IMG/VR virus record: IMGVR_UViG_3300033463_000025
Coordinates: 32,001-96,000 of that record
DNA: 64,000 nucleotides
Reading direction: 5' to 3' (one strand)
DNA from: a virus
Taxonomy: Duplodnaviria > Caudoviricetes
In this document: positions 33,588 to 44,400 of the stretch, piece after piece
Layout: every line of letters begins with the position of its first letter
Numbering within the stretch: the first letter of the stretch is position 1
Notes under the pieces: model-generated
Told to the model about the DNA's origin: nothing
What the model saw: only the letters and a program-made list of their open reading frames with translations
Databases searched by the model: none
Translations under genes and position numbers: made by a program

Positions 33588-34090
33588 TTAGCCGACGAAC
33601 GTTCTACAATCTGTAATATTATCTTCAGCATCACAGATTGGTCTACAGTGTTTAGCGGAAACATATTTCCACTCGTTGCCAGTCATAATAAGAAATGTCG
33701 GATAGCCATTCTTGTTCTGCTTTACATCATAGACGGTTGTTTCAAAACAACGCTCAACCGATTCGCCCTTGTTCTTGTATGTATATAATACTCTAAACAT
33801 AATTAAATCTCTCCGTGATAAATATACTTTCCGTAAACTGTATCGTTTCCATATTTGTCAATGTGTCGTTCGTACTGCGTTTCAATATTATACCTGCGAC
33901 GCAGGTTAAAAATGATAGCACTTAACCTTGTGGCGGCGTACAACTCGATAGCTTCTAAACTTGTTATACTCCCATGTTCCTGTAGATGCTGAAGCACTTT
34001 TAGAGCCTTATTGGTCTTTCTGTGTTTTGATTGAGTTTTCATTAGTAACCTCTTGAAAATAAGTATAGTGTGTTTTATAGCGTTTGTCAA
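33588..34090 (-). other. two small genes; 33803-34090 is an HTH protein
   Basis: HGSITSLEAIELYAATRLSAIIFNLR; promoter TTGACA-N17-TATACT at 34062-34090 means the true start is further downstream. Confidence 0.65.
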
Positions 34091-34095
34091 TAGCC

Positions 34096-34892
34096 TTATT
34101 GACTTATGTTAAAATTTGGATTATTATTTACCCATTTATTGTAAACGAATAATTTTTCTGTTACCTTAAATTGATTATCTTTGTTTCTATCGAGAGTCCT
34201 TGTAAAAGGCTTCTCCCAAATAGCAACAAAGTCATCGGGAGCAACTTGTTCTGAAATAAACATCAAATGGTTTTGACTTACAGTTCGTGCATATTCCCAA
34301 AACGCTTGACTATCAAACACCATTTTGCCATAACCTGTAGTACCGTTGTAAGGTGGGTCTGCGTAAATAACACAGCCTTCTGGTAACTCTACATCACGAT
34401 AATCTCTACAAATGAATTGTGCATCCATAAGTGTAGCCATATCCTTGAGTAAAGATTTCTTGCTTTGTGCGGCATAGTTTGTACCGCCCTTATTACGAGC
34501 ATAACCGCCAAACCATTTACCGCCGAAGCTACAGCCGAATCCAACAAAGCCAGCTAACACCTTATCATCGTTTTTATTGGCTCGAATGTTTTTATAATCT
34601 TCTTCGGATATGTAATCAGGAAGCTCGTAACCGTTCTGAACACCCTGTAACATCGCTATCAGATATTCATGGTTATCGTTCAAAATCTTGTGTTTAAATG
34701 ATGTTAGTTTACTTTCAACAGAACAAGTGCCGCAAAACAAACTGACTAACTCACAGCAGTTTTGCCCCCCCCGTTAGGCGGGAAATAACACTCGCTATTG
34801 ACTTGGAAATTCTTGATTTCCCGCCTTGATAACGCATCTATTTCCTCCGCTATTCTTTTTGCTATACGACTTTTACCGCCTAAATACTGCAT
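34096..34892 (-). CDS. Dam-like (D12-class) adenine methyltransferase, frameshifted at G8 (OFF), two alternative N-termini
   Basis: MQYLGGKSRI (ATG 34892) and MRYQGGKSRI (ATG 34837); C8 at 34765-34772; body LVSLFCG...SFGGKWFGGY...YADPPY. Confidence 0.9.
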
Positions 34893-35227
34893 TACGAAAC
34901 AACAAATTTTTGAATCGCGCTATACAGCTTTTCACTTTCAGAGCCACATACCAGTGTGTTATAATCAACCTCATGTGCGGTATGTTCACGGCTTCTATTC
35001 TTCAAAGCGTTAGCCGCTACGCCAAGCGATGACAGGAATGATTTAGCAGAAATAATCCACTCTTCCCCATTCTCATCAAAGCCCATCAGCTTAACCTTTT
35101 CAGGGATAGCGCAAACAGCCTCATTAAACTCCTTAAAGTCATCGTGGCAGGTAAGTTCAATCTTGTATTCGTAAGTAAACATTTTCATATGCTTGTCCAT
35201 AATTAACCTCATTTCTTTATTGTACAT
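34892..35227 (-). CDS. HPr-like protein lacking the His15 region
   Basis: IISAKSFLSSL resembles the HPr Ser46 motif. Confidence 0.5.
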   Translation of the reverse strand: MYNKEMRLIMDKHMKMFTYEYKIELTCHDDFKEFNEAVCAIPEKVKLMGFDENGEEWIISAKSFLSSLGVAANALKNRSREHTAHEVDYNTLVCGSESEKLYSAIQKFVVS

Positions 35228-37199
35228 TTTCTATTTCTTGTGTATTATCTTCTTCTGTATCGACCCTAAGTATTCTTGCAATTACGAAAACCGTAATTAC
35301 GCAAATAAGTTCAATCGCCAAAAGAATAGATAGGATAATAAGAATAACATTTAGCCATTCAGGAATTGGTATATTCATATTACGAAGTACCGAACTAACG
35401 GTAATGAATATCAAATCAACAAATGGCAGTATAGTAAAAACTTTTGGTAGAATTTTATATAACACTACTTTGTGCCTCCAAACTGGTTTTATAATAAAGC
35501 CTTTTAGCTTTACTTTGAACAATATCCCAATACTTACAATTTGGGATTGAAGTGTTGAGTATTCTTTCAATTTCTTCATGCTCCATTAAAGTGTGTTTAA
35601 AAACAAAAGAATACCCTTTGCTTGAATAACATCTCGGATTGCTATGATTTAACTTGGTAATTTCTAATAAATCACCTCGTATATAAATGGTGATAGGATA
35701 ATGAACATTGAAAACACCATAATTCAAATCGTCGCCGTAACTTAATCCATCACCATATTTAGTAATCCATTTATTCTCAATAGCACCATTGACATTCTTG
35801 CTTGCTGTTGGCTCATTCCCATCCCACATATCATAAGTAAAGCCTAAAAACATCGGAAAAGGAATATCGGAATTATCTGTTATTTTCTTTTTTGGCTCAA
35901 ACTTCATTATGGGTTTCCAATCATCGTGAGTTTTCGGCTTTTCATATCGCCACTCAATCCCGTTATTAAAGATACGCAAATCAATATATTCAATGTCAGG
36001 TAAAGACAACAGCCAATCTCGATACTCTTTAGCCGTGTCAAAATTACCACCATGACGTTTAATCCAGCGAAGCAAAGTATTATCAATATCTTCAAGCTGT
36101 AATTGATATTCGGATTTTTGTTTTGCCGCTTCACGAGCCTCTTTTTCTAATTCAAACATTCTCTTAGCAAACAAAACAGCTTTATCATAATCATAGAATA
36201 CATTTGATTTCTTTATATGTGGGTAATCTAAACGACCATATTCGCTTTTAATACTAACCTCATCGCAATATTGGTATTCATACCTGATTTGCCCAGGTAT
36301 AACATCGTAATGCCCTTCGGGTGTTCTATCAACAAAATATATCGTATCGCTCATTTACTTATTTCCTCAAGAAATGGTAAGCTATCCATATAACGGTTAT
36401 ACTCTTTTATTAGGTTTTCTAAACAGATAAAGCCTGTAACCTCTTTACCAAAGTTTTCACCATAGAATGGTGTATATGGCTGACAAAAATCCTCATCAAG
36501 AACAATGATGTTATCAAAATCATTCCAGTCCGAAAAATTTTCAGTAAAAGCTATATCAATATCGTAGTCAAACTTATACTTTTTACCTTCAATAATTGAC
36601 GTTATTTCAACATAATGCGTTTTGTAAAGAACACAGCCTTCTTTTATAATCCAAATTGCATTACCCTCTTTACAACCTGCTTTGATGAGGTCGTCTTTGG
36701 TAATGCCATCTTTGAGCTTATACCTTTTAATCTGTGCCATTTACTCGCCTCCCGTATTGAAAGTCAGACCAATCCAAAACTTGACCGCAATCTTGACAAC
36801 GCTTATCTCTTACGCGACTACTACTACCGTTGCCGCTTCGTACTCGTCTACCACAAGTTGGGCAACAGCATTGTGTATGACTGCCTAAAACTTTTCTCGG
36901 CGTGAGCATACCAATCACATTATTTAGTGCTATCGTAACATTTACAGGAGCATCGTTAAGCTGTACCATCACAGCCGCGTCTTTTAGGCTATCGAGCAGT
37001 TCAATACTATTCATTTTTTATTTATCCCCATTTTATACTTATGGCATTTATATCTGCCATATCTTCTACGTTTCTTACCTTTTGCAATCCGAAACATCAT
37101 AATCGCCACAACGAGCTGAAGGAAATTTAATATACAAATTGTAAACGAATAATTACCTTTCAGCATTTCGTTCACAATGGTCTTAAAATATTCAATCAT
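35217..37199 (-). other. five hypothetical genes (membrane 35217-35579; 35455-36354; 36351-36740; Zn finger 36727-37014; 37011-37199)
   Basis: packed minus-strand ORFs. Confidence 0.55.
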
Positions 37200-37217
37200 A
37201 TGTATTTGTAATCCTTA

Positions 37218-37724
37218 TCATTTTATTTTTCTTTCAACAACAACTATGGTATCATTGTGCCAACCGCCGTGTGGGACGAGTAACACTTCTTCAATTTCAA
37301 ATCCGTATTTCTTTCCTATACCGCCAGAGTTCCAGCTACAAGTAATAACCTTGCCATTCGATTTTACTATTCGCCCTATCTGTTCTTTTTGTTTAGACCA
37401 GTAACTTGCCTGTGTGGTCTGCATATTCACGGTATAATTCAGTTGTTTATAACACTCGCTCACCTGCCGTGGTGAGAACGGCGGGTCATATAAAACCATA
37501 TCAACAGAGTCATCATCAAATAAAGCCAAAAAGTCTGTAGCGTCCAAATGATAATCTGTATTGTACTGTGTGTCTAAATCATTAGTAACAGTAGCGAGTT
37601 TATTCTTATTAGCAAAAGGGTCGATTATAATGCCCCCCCCGATATGCCGAGCTAACAGCTCTTTAATCGGTGGAACATCAAATGTGTTCTTGCTCGGCAT
37701 AGCCCATTTTCGGCTTATTTTCAT
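37218..37724 (-). CDS. small amino-DNA methyltransferase with in-frame G8 tract (ON)
   Basis: IIDPFAN, LYDPPFS; C8 at 37633-37640 encodes IGGGI; ATGA overlap with the metK stop. Confidence 0.85.
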   Translation of the reverse strand: MKISRKWAMPSKNTFDVPPIKELLARHIGGGIIIDPFANKNKLATVTNDLDTQYNTDYHLDATDFLALFDDDSVDMVLYDPPFSPRQVSECYKQLNYTVNMQTTQASYWSKQKEQIGRIVKSNGKVITCSWNSGGIGKKYGFEIEEVLLVPHGGWHNDTIVVVERKIK

Positions 37725-38509
37725 CGAATCAAACCCCATTCGGCAAACTTTTCAAAACCGCCGACGCTTTTAATATATGCACGAGCGACGTTTACAATTT
37801 GCTCATACGGAATACCGTCAATAGACTCATCACCAATAGCGCAACACATTTCGACTGGTTTACCTGTTTCTTGGGCTTTAAGATGAGCGTAAATGTTTAC
37901 ACTTACATCAGCCTTTGAAAAGTCCTTCCCCATTAAGCCGCCGCCTGTGACAGAATCACCCATATCAGAGCCGAGTTTACGATTTGTAGCACCTGTGTCA
38001 ACCTCTACGCCGCCCGTCCAATAACCAAGCGGATTGACGATTGCATCAGGATATAATTTTGCAATATCAAATTTTTCTGCAAAACTTTGACAAATAATCA
38101 GCTTGTCGCCGTTGAGAATATACTTGCCATCGCTACCATACTTGTCATATAAGCGATGTGCTATATCAGATAAAGCCTTCTGTTCTGCCGTTACAGGCAT
38201 ACCCCTAAAGATACCGTTATCGCCACAGCGGATTTTACCATGCTGATTCGCGGCAAGGTGAATATCTTGCGACACAAGACGGAAATCTGTGAGCAGTTTA
38301 TTCCCACCAATGCGATTAACAATATTGTCTGTCTCATCCCAAGTGATATTTACAGAGCTTTCAACTATGATATGGCAAATACCATGACCGATAAGCACTT
38401 CAACCGCAATCCGTGGATTCTCCGCTTTGGAATACGCTAAGTCAACTAATGCGCCAGCAATTCTATCGGCTATCTTATCAGGGTGTGACGGATTAACTTT
38501 CTCGAACAT
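37721..38509 (-). CDS. metK: compact S-adenosylmethionine synthetase
   Basis: EKVNPSHPDKIADRI, GDNG, DGK, NPLG...DTGATNRK, GGG...GKDFSKAD. Confidence 0.92.
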   Translation of the reverse strand: MFEKVNPSHPDKIADRIAGALVDLAYSKAENPRIAVEVLIGHGICHIIVESSVNITWDETDNIVNRIGGNKLLTDFRLVSQDIHLAANQHGKIRCGDNGIFRGMPVTAEQKALSDIAHRLYDKYGSDGKYILNGDKLIICQSFAEKFDIAKLYPDAIVNPLGYWTGGVEVDTGATNRKLGSDMGDSVTGGGLMGKDFSKADVSVNIYAHLKAQETGKPVEMCCAIGDESIDGIPYEQIVNVARAYIKSVGGFEKFAEWGLIR

Positions 38510-38684
38510 CTCTTACTTCCTCTCTTGTAATGATTGTATCTTCTTTTATTTCGCACATTTTTAATAAATCGTCTTGACAGGTACAAGCGCATGAAAGCGA
38601 ACAACCATAACACGGTTTATATGGTTTGCTGTTACATTTAATCATCAACTTTGCAAATTCTTCTTTTGTACAAATGATTTTCAC
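38493..38684 (-). CDS. small Cys-rich hypothetical protein
   Basis: ORF coupled between the MTase and metK. Confidence 0.5.
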   Translation of the reverse strand: MKIICTKEEFAKLMIKCNSKPYKPCYGCSLSCACTCQDDLLKMCEIKEDTIITREEVRDVRES

Positions 38685-39432
38685 GCAACATTCCTCGCTT
38701 TATTAATTCGTTCTTTAGCAATCTCATACATCTGTAAATCGTTTTCAATACCAATGAATCTTCTTTTGGTATTGATGCACGCCTCGCCAGTTGAGCCGCT
38801 ACCCATGCAGTTATCAAGGACAACATCATCCTCGTTGGTATATGTATTTATTAACCATTCTAAAAGTGCAACAGGCTTTTGCGTCGGGTGAAGTCTGCTA
38901 CCGTCCCTTGAATAGCTCAATATCGACAAAGGATTTCTCGCTCCGTCAAGCGACTCAGTATAAGCTACACCTCTATCGCCGTAGTTATCAGAAAGACTAC
39001 CGTTTTTAGTTTTCTTATATGGTGTTGAATACCATAGCTGTTTATTATATGTGGGTTTCTTTTTATAGAAGATTGCAATTTCCTCATGGGATTTCAAAGG
39101 TTTCACATTAGCATTAAGAAAATCAGAGCCACGTTGTTTATCCCATATAAGGTTATAACGCCACATCTTTTTATTTGATAACATAAGGTCTGCCATAAAC
39201 AAACCATCGCAAAACAAAGCTATACAACCGTTCTGTTTGATAATTCTGTTGTACTGTTCCCATAGCTTTTCAAATGGAATAACAGTGTCCCATTTATTTC
39301 TTGTCGTTCCGTATGGAAGGTCGCAACAAATCATATCAATACAACCGTCAGGGAGTTGGCTCATAACCGATAAACAATCTTGTCGCCAAAGGCTTACCCC
39401 CCCCGACTCAGAAGATTATTTATATCAAGCAT
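38681..39432 (-). CDS. N4/N6 (beta-class) DNA methyltransferase, frameshifted at G8 (OFF)
   Basis: AAGGAG RBS + ATG 39432 gives MLDINNLLSRGG*; C8 at 39397-39404; other frame QDCLSVM...DLPYG...HPTQKP...LDNCMGSGST. Confidence 0.88.
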
Positions 39433-39718
39433 ACTCTACTCCTTCGGGCGGCTCAGGCAATTCAGCCCAAAAACGCACATTAGTTATTTCATAAAATCCG
39501 TATTCGGAATCATAATCAAACCAACCGCTTTTACCATTCTTATCAGCAAAGTCATATTCATCTACATTAATTAGATTATTAGCGTATTTAGCTATTCTAA
39601 GAAAATAATATCCGCTAAGTGTATAAGACTTCGCAAAAATGAGGTAAGGTCTTCTATCTAACTTTGGAGGGTCTAACTGTGCATCGTGCCAAATTACTTT
39701 TGTAGCATTATCGTTCAT
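39425..39718 (-). CDS. hypothetical protein (DUF551-like C-terminus)
   Basis: WH...PP...VRFWAELPEPP. Confidence 0.55.
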   Translation of the reverse strand: MNDNATKVIWHDAQLDPPKLDRRPYLIFAKSYTLSGYYFLRIAKYANNLINVDEYDFADKNGKSGWFDYDSEYGFYEITNVRFWAELPEPPEGVEYA

Positions 39719-39743
39719 ATCGTTTCCTTATATTTCTATTGAC

Positions 39744-41275
39744 TTATGTTATAGATTTTAATAAATGGGCTATGACTTCAACAGTCCAGCCGTTACCTAA
39801 ACATTTATATGCTTGTGAGTTGCTAATCACACTAAAGTCATACCATTCTGGTACTGTCTGCAACCGCATACATTCTCTTACTGTTAGTTTACGAATTATG
39901 TAAAAGCCATCAGACAACTTAATCGGATATGTTTTTCCTTTAATTGTTATCTGTCCATTGACAACTTCGTAAACCGTATATACTTTACCATCGGCAAAGC
40001 TCTTAGCTTTTATAGGTATATCATCTTGCCATTCACACGGTTCAGCATAATGTAACGGATTTTGTGTATTAATCGTTACAGCATACAGCCCTGTCTTACC
40101 ACCAAGACCACCACCATTAGCAGACAACGTAACAGATTTGCCATCTTGCGAATATACCCTCATCGCTTGAGAATTATTTGTTTCTCCATTCGATGACGGC
40201 ATACATCCTACCTGTTCAGCTACCATGCTTTTACAGCCTTTTTCTATAGTATGGCTCACATAGTTCCCTATGTTTTCTCCGCTACCGTTTTTATATCCTG
40301 CTGTTAAGCAATAAGATTTATCGTTCTTAGTCATTCCCACTGGCTCTGCAACACCACTCGCGCCATATGTTGAAGTGTATTTACAGATGTTTGCAATACT
40401 CGTTTGTTGATATTGTGCCTTAATAGTTTGTGACTTTCCTTCACCAGTCGTATTCACTGGTTCAATCGTTCGGGCAACAACGTCGCTCGTTGGATTAGAT
40501 GCTAAACAATATGCTTTATCTTTTACACCAACTCTACGATTGCTTAAATCACCAACCATTGAAAACGCTTTAGGTAACGCAACAGGCTCAACCGCCATAT
40601 TTCGTTGATGCCGCTCTATGGTGTTCCACGCAACCGCACCGCCATAAGCTGTGGTTAGCGTCCAGCCTTTTTCGTTGCTCGTCAAATCATCGGCGTTATT
40701 TTCGAGAATATCTCTTAGTAATATTCCTCTATCCTCTGGCTGTTCTATATCCGCCTTTTGATATGTACCATCTTCTTGACGAATACCAACCCAATACAAC
40801 CGCTGACGGTTTTGAGCTGAAACAAGTGCAGAATTTATACAAATCGGCTCAAATCCAAATGTGTCAGAAATGCTGTCATAAATAGCTCTTGACATTGATT
40901 TGTTGTTTTCGTAAAGAAAGTATTTCGGTTTTGCTTCTTTAATAGCTCTTACAAACTGGCTAAACAATTCCCAGCCCATACCGCTTGCTTCTGTTTCGCG
41001 GTTGTTCTTTTGAGCGATGCTCCAAAAAGTACAGGGCGAACCTCCGATAAGATAATCAATACCGTCAAACTGCGTATAGTCTGCATCAAATACATCACCA
41101 CACTGGATGATACTCGGAAAGTTATGCTGGCTAACTTGAATAGCATACTTATCTATCTCATAAGCATAATAGTCTTTGACTTCTATACCAAGTCTTTTGA
41201 ACGCCAACATACCACAAGACATTCCATCAAATAAACTAAGAACAGATACCCCATCTTGTGATGAAATATCTCTTT
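39744..41275 (-). CDS. C5-cytosine methyltransferase with long repetitive variable region; no in-frame start before motif I
   Basis: VLSLFDGMSCG, EID, GGSPC, YENN, QNRQR, RLQT, GNGW; upstream frame reaches TAA without an ATG. Confidence 0.92.
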
Positions 41276-41416
41276 CATTACAATAATGTTAGTTACGATT
41301 GGCTTATAATCTGACTTTCTATAAATCGCACACAACTATCAATAATTGTAAGAAGAAAATAACTAACGGAATTATGGGGTGTTTAGTAATATGAATCAGG
41401 ATAAAAGAGATATTTC
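41263..41416. promoter_or_regulatory. candidate invertible switch carrying the RBS and ATG of the C5 MTase
   Basis: 13-bp IR GAAATATCTCTTT (41263-41275) / AAAGAGATATTTC (41404-41416); inversion gives in-frame MNQDKRDISSQDGVSVLSLFDG. Confidence 0.65.
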
Positions 41417-41443
41417 CTTATACTCGTTTATCCTACAATTACA

Positions 41444-41472
41444 ATTATAACACTATTTATAACATAAGTCAA
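41444..41472 (-). promoter_or_regulatory. sigmaA promoter for the methylation operon
   Basis: TTGACT-N17-TATAAT; the -35 lies inside a perfect 17-bp motif. Confidence 0.85.
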
Positions 41473-41477
41473 TAGTT

Positions 41478-44400
41478 TTATAAATATTTGTTATTCTGTT
41501 CCATATCTCTTGTTATAAAACGAAAAGTAGGTACAATCCTTAGCTTTTCAGATATTTGAGCTAACTCTAAGCAAGTGAAATCGTATTTACCGCTACACCA
41601 TAGCGTTAGCTTACTTTTGCTGATATTAAAAAATTTACAAACCTGCTTTTTACTTATGCCACACTCATAAAATGATTTTAAATAATCAGTTATATAATCT
41701 GCAACTTGCATTTTCAACTTATCAGCAGTTCTTTCTGGGTGGACATATTCACCTAATAAATCTCTATTTCGGTAATAATCATTAAACAGCATATCTTATT
41801 GACCGCACCTTTCTATACTTTGTCGCACACATACCTATACACTGTGGAATATAATACATTTCATTGTAAAAGCGTCTAACACAAACATTTCTTGTATCGC
41901 GCCAGCCGATTCTCTCATCGTTAATTTTTCTTTCATCAATAACCAAATCATAAATACCAAATGGAGGCATTTCCCCTTTGCGAGAATAACAGCCTACAAT
42001 ATACTTGAACATTTCTTCTTTTGTTTTAAATTCTTTGGCTTCTACAATAGATTCGGATAACGTTGAACGGTGTGGTCTGTAAATATACATATGTTATCTC
42101 CCTAACATTTTCTTAAATTTTTCAGCTTGTTTAATTATATCTTTTCTATGTTCCCAAAAATAATCAAAGAATATATCCCAATTCATTCTTACTTGTTCGT
42201 ACACATCAACTTTTATTTCATCATCTACTTTTGACGAGAAATTACTAATGATTATCTCCCATTCAAACCTAGACCAATAATAATACGTCAGCTCTCTGCG
42301 GATTTCCTTTTCGAGCTTTTCACGGTCATCTTTATATTTCTTTATCCATTTAGCACTATATAAAAGAAAACTACCGTGATTAAATACATTATGTATTTCA
42401 ATTTTTCGTGTATTTAAATTAAATACAAAAACATTCCACACCACAGGTATATCGGTCATAACGCTTCAAATTCCCTTCTCGCTTTTTCATGTTCGCCACG
42501 GTAATAATCTAAAAGGCAATCTCTAACCTCAACTTGTAAAGGCGCAGGTTCAACCAACGACTTTAGAAAAACTACTCCATCCGAATACTCTTCTAAGATA
42601 TTAATAGCCTTTTGACATTCCTCACATCGTTTCAATAATACTTTCGCTTTTTCAAAGGCTTCTATATTCATAATCATTCCTCATTCCATATGGGGGGCGG
42701 GGGTCAATCCCACAAATTAAAAAACCATTCAGAAAACAATTTAAAAAATTCGTCTTTGGCTTTTTCAACTTTTTCGTCAACTTCTTTATAATTCATTTTC
42801 TCATACTGTTTATCGTTCTCGTCCATAGCACGGCAAAGGTCAATTAATTCGGTAAGAATACTATTCCACTTTTCAGCCGCTTTATCTTGAATTTCCTTAT
42901 CACTAAGCCCTTCACCATATGAATAGAAATCAAGTGAAGCAGGATAACCAATGCCATCGTCACGCAATCTTTCAATAATCTCTGGCATTACAGATGTAAA
43001 CCAATAGTGAACACTCCACGATGCTGACATTGGATAACCGTGTTTTAACAGAAATCTCCTATGCCTAAAATAAGCTGGTATCTGTTTAATATTTCTGAAA
43101 AAGTTACGCCATGTCATATAATAAAATGCGTCCTGTGCAGGCTTGCTTAATTTTATCATAGCACTTCTCCCCTATAATTTTTCTGTTAAATCTATCTTTT
43201 CTCCGCAAATACACTTTGCTATAACGATGTCGCCCAGCCCTGTTGGTGTAAACTCAAACGTTGTAGCTCCGCCTATTGCGCCAGCATATCTAATACCGTC
43301 TTTTCGGCAGGAACATTCGTGTGTCTTAACCCACTCTGCGTACTCGTCCCATTTCTTATCACTAATCTTAAAAATCATACTGTTATCCCTCATTATGTAG
43401 CGTTAGGCACAAGTCATATTAACCTGTGCCTAACTGTGTTCTCATATCTTTATCCATTCACTCTTCTAACTCTTGCTTTGGGTTTATCATTTAGAGATAT
43501 TTTGCGAATGTTAAAGTCACGATTCTTTCTTATGTATTCTTCAAAGCTAAATTGGTCGGTGTTATAGTCGTACTCAATTTTAAACCTTAAAGAGCGAAAA
43601 CCACTAACGCAAAGTGTAGCAGACATATTGTTACCGATTTTAGAAAACGCGACTATTGCAACCCGAATATCGTCATCGTGGCAAGCATCAACCGCACAAA
43701 CATATTCTTCCTTGACATATTCTGCAACAACGCTTTTAGCGATAAGTGTAAACTCATCAGCCGATGTAATCTTTTGGCTCTTCTCTCTTTCATACACACT
43801 TGCCATATCCTTCAACAAGTCAATGGACGTTCGCCAATAACCAAGCTCGTCCTTCAGAGTAATACCATACTTTGATGATGCTTGAGTAATATCAATAACA
43901 TCATCTAAATCGTTAATTGCTTCAAACAATGCGTCTGCATAACTCATAATAAACCTCTATTTTTTACGATGAAATGATAGTTTTATCTTATTTATCGCCG
44001 TTCGTATTTTGTCGAGTTGTCGCCGTAAACTTCAAACGCTTTCGGCTTTACATACAGAACGAGCATACGCATCCTCAACATCTGTACTAAACGAAACACC
44101 AATGCGAGGGTATTTCATATCTGCAAAGATTTCTTCGGCAATATCCTGAAGCAGAACGCTCATAATGCCATAAGGACTATCGAGCTGGTCGTTAAAGAAC
44201 TGCACTACACACTTTGTAAACATTACATAGGTAAACGGAACATACCATGTATTTTCAGGAACGACGACACGCGAAAGCGCAGGATTCTTAGAGAACGCAA
44301 CTTCAAACAGCTCTTTTGCCGTTACAAATGCGCGGTTGCTAATCTTCGCACAGTCAACGTCAATAGTCAGAATAATGTTGCCAAACAATTTTTGCTGTGG

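Noticed and set aside
42692-42703. GGGGGGCGGGGG run
   Set aside because: Intergenic, interrupted and affects no reading frame, so not counted as a phase-variation tract.
43450-43947. Short similarity to tape-measure repeats (GITLKDELGYWRTSIDLLKDMA)
   Set aside because: Too short to support without a search.
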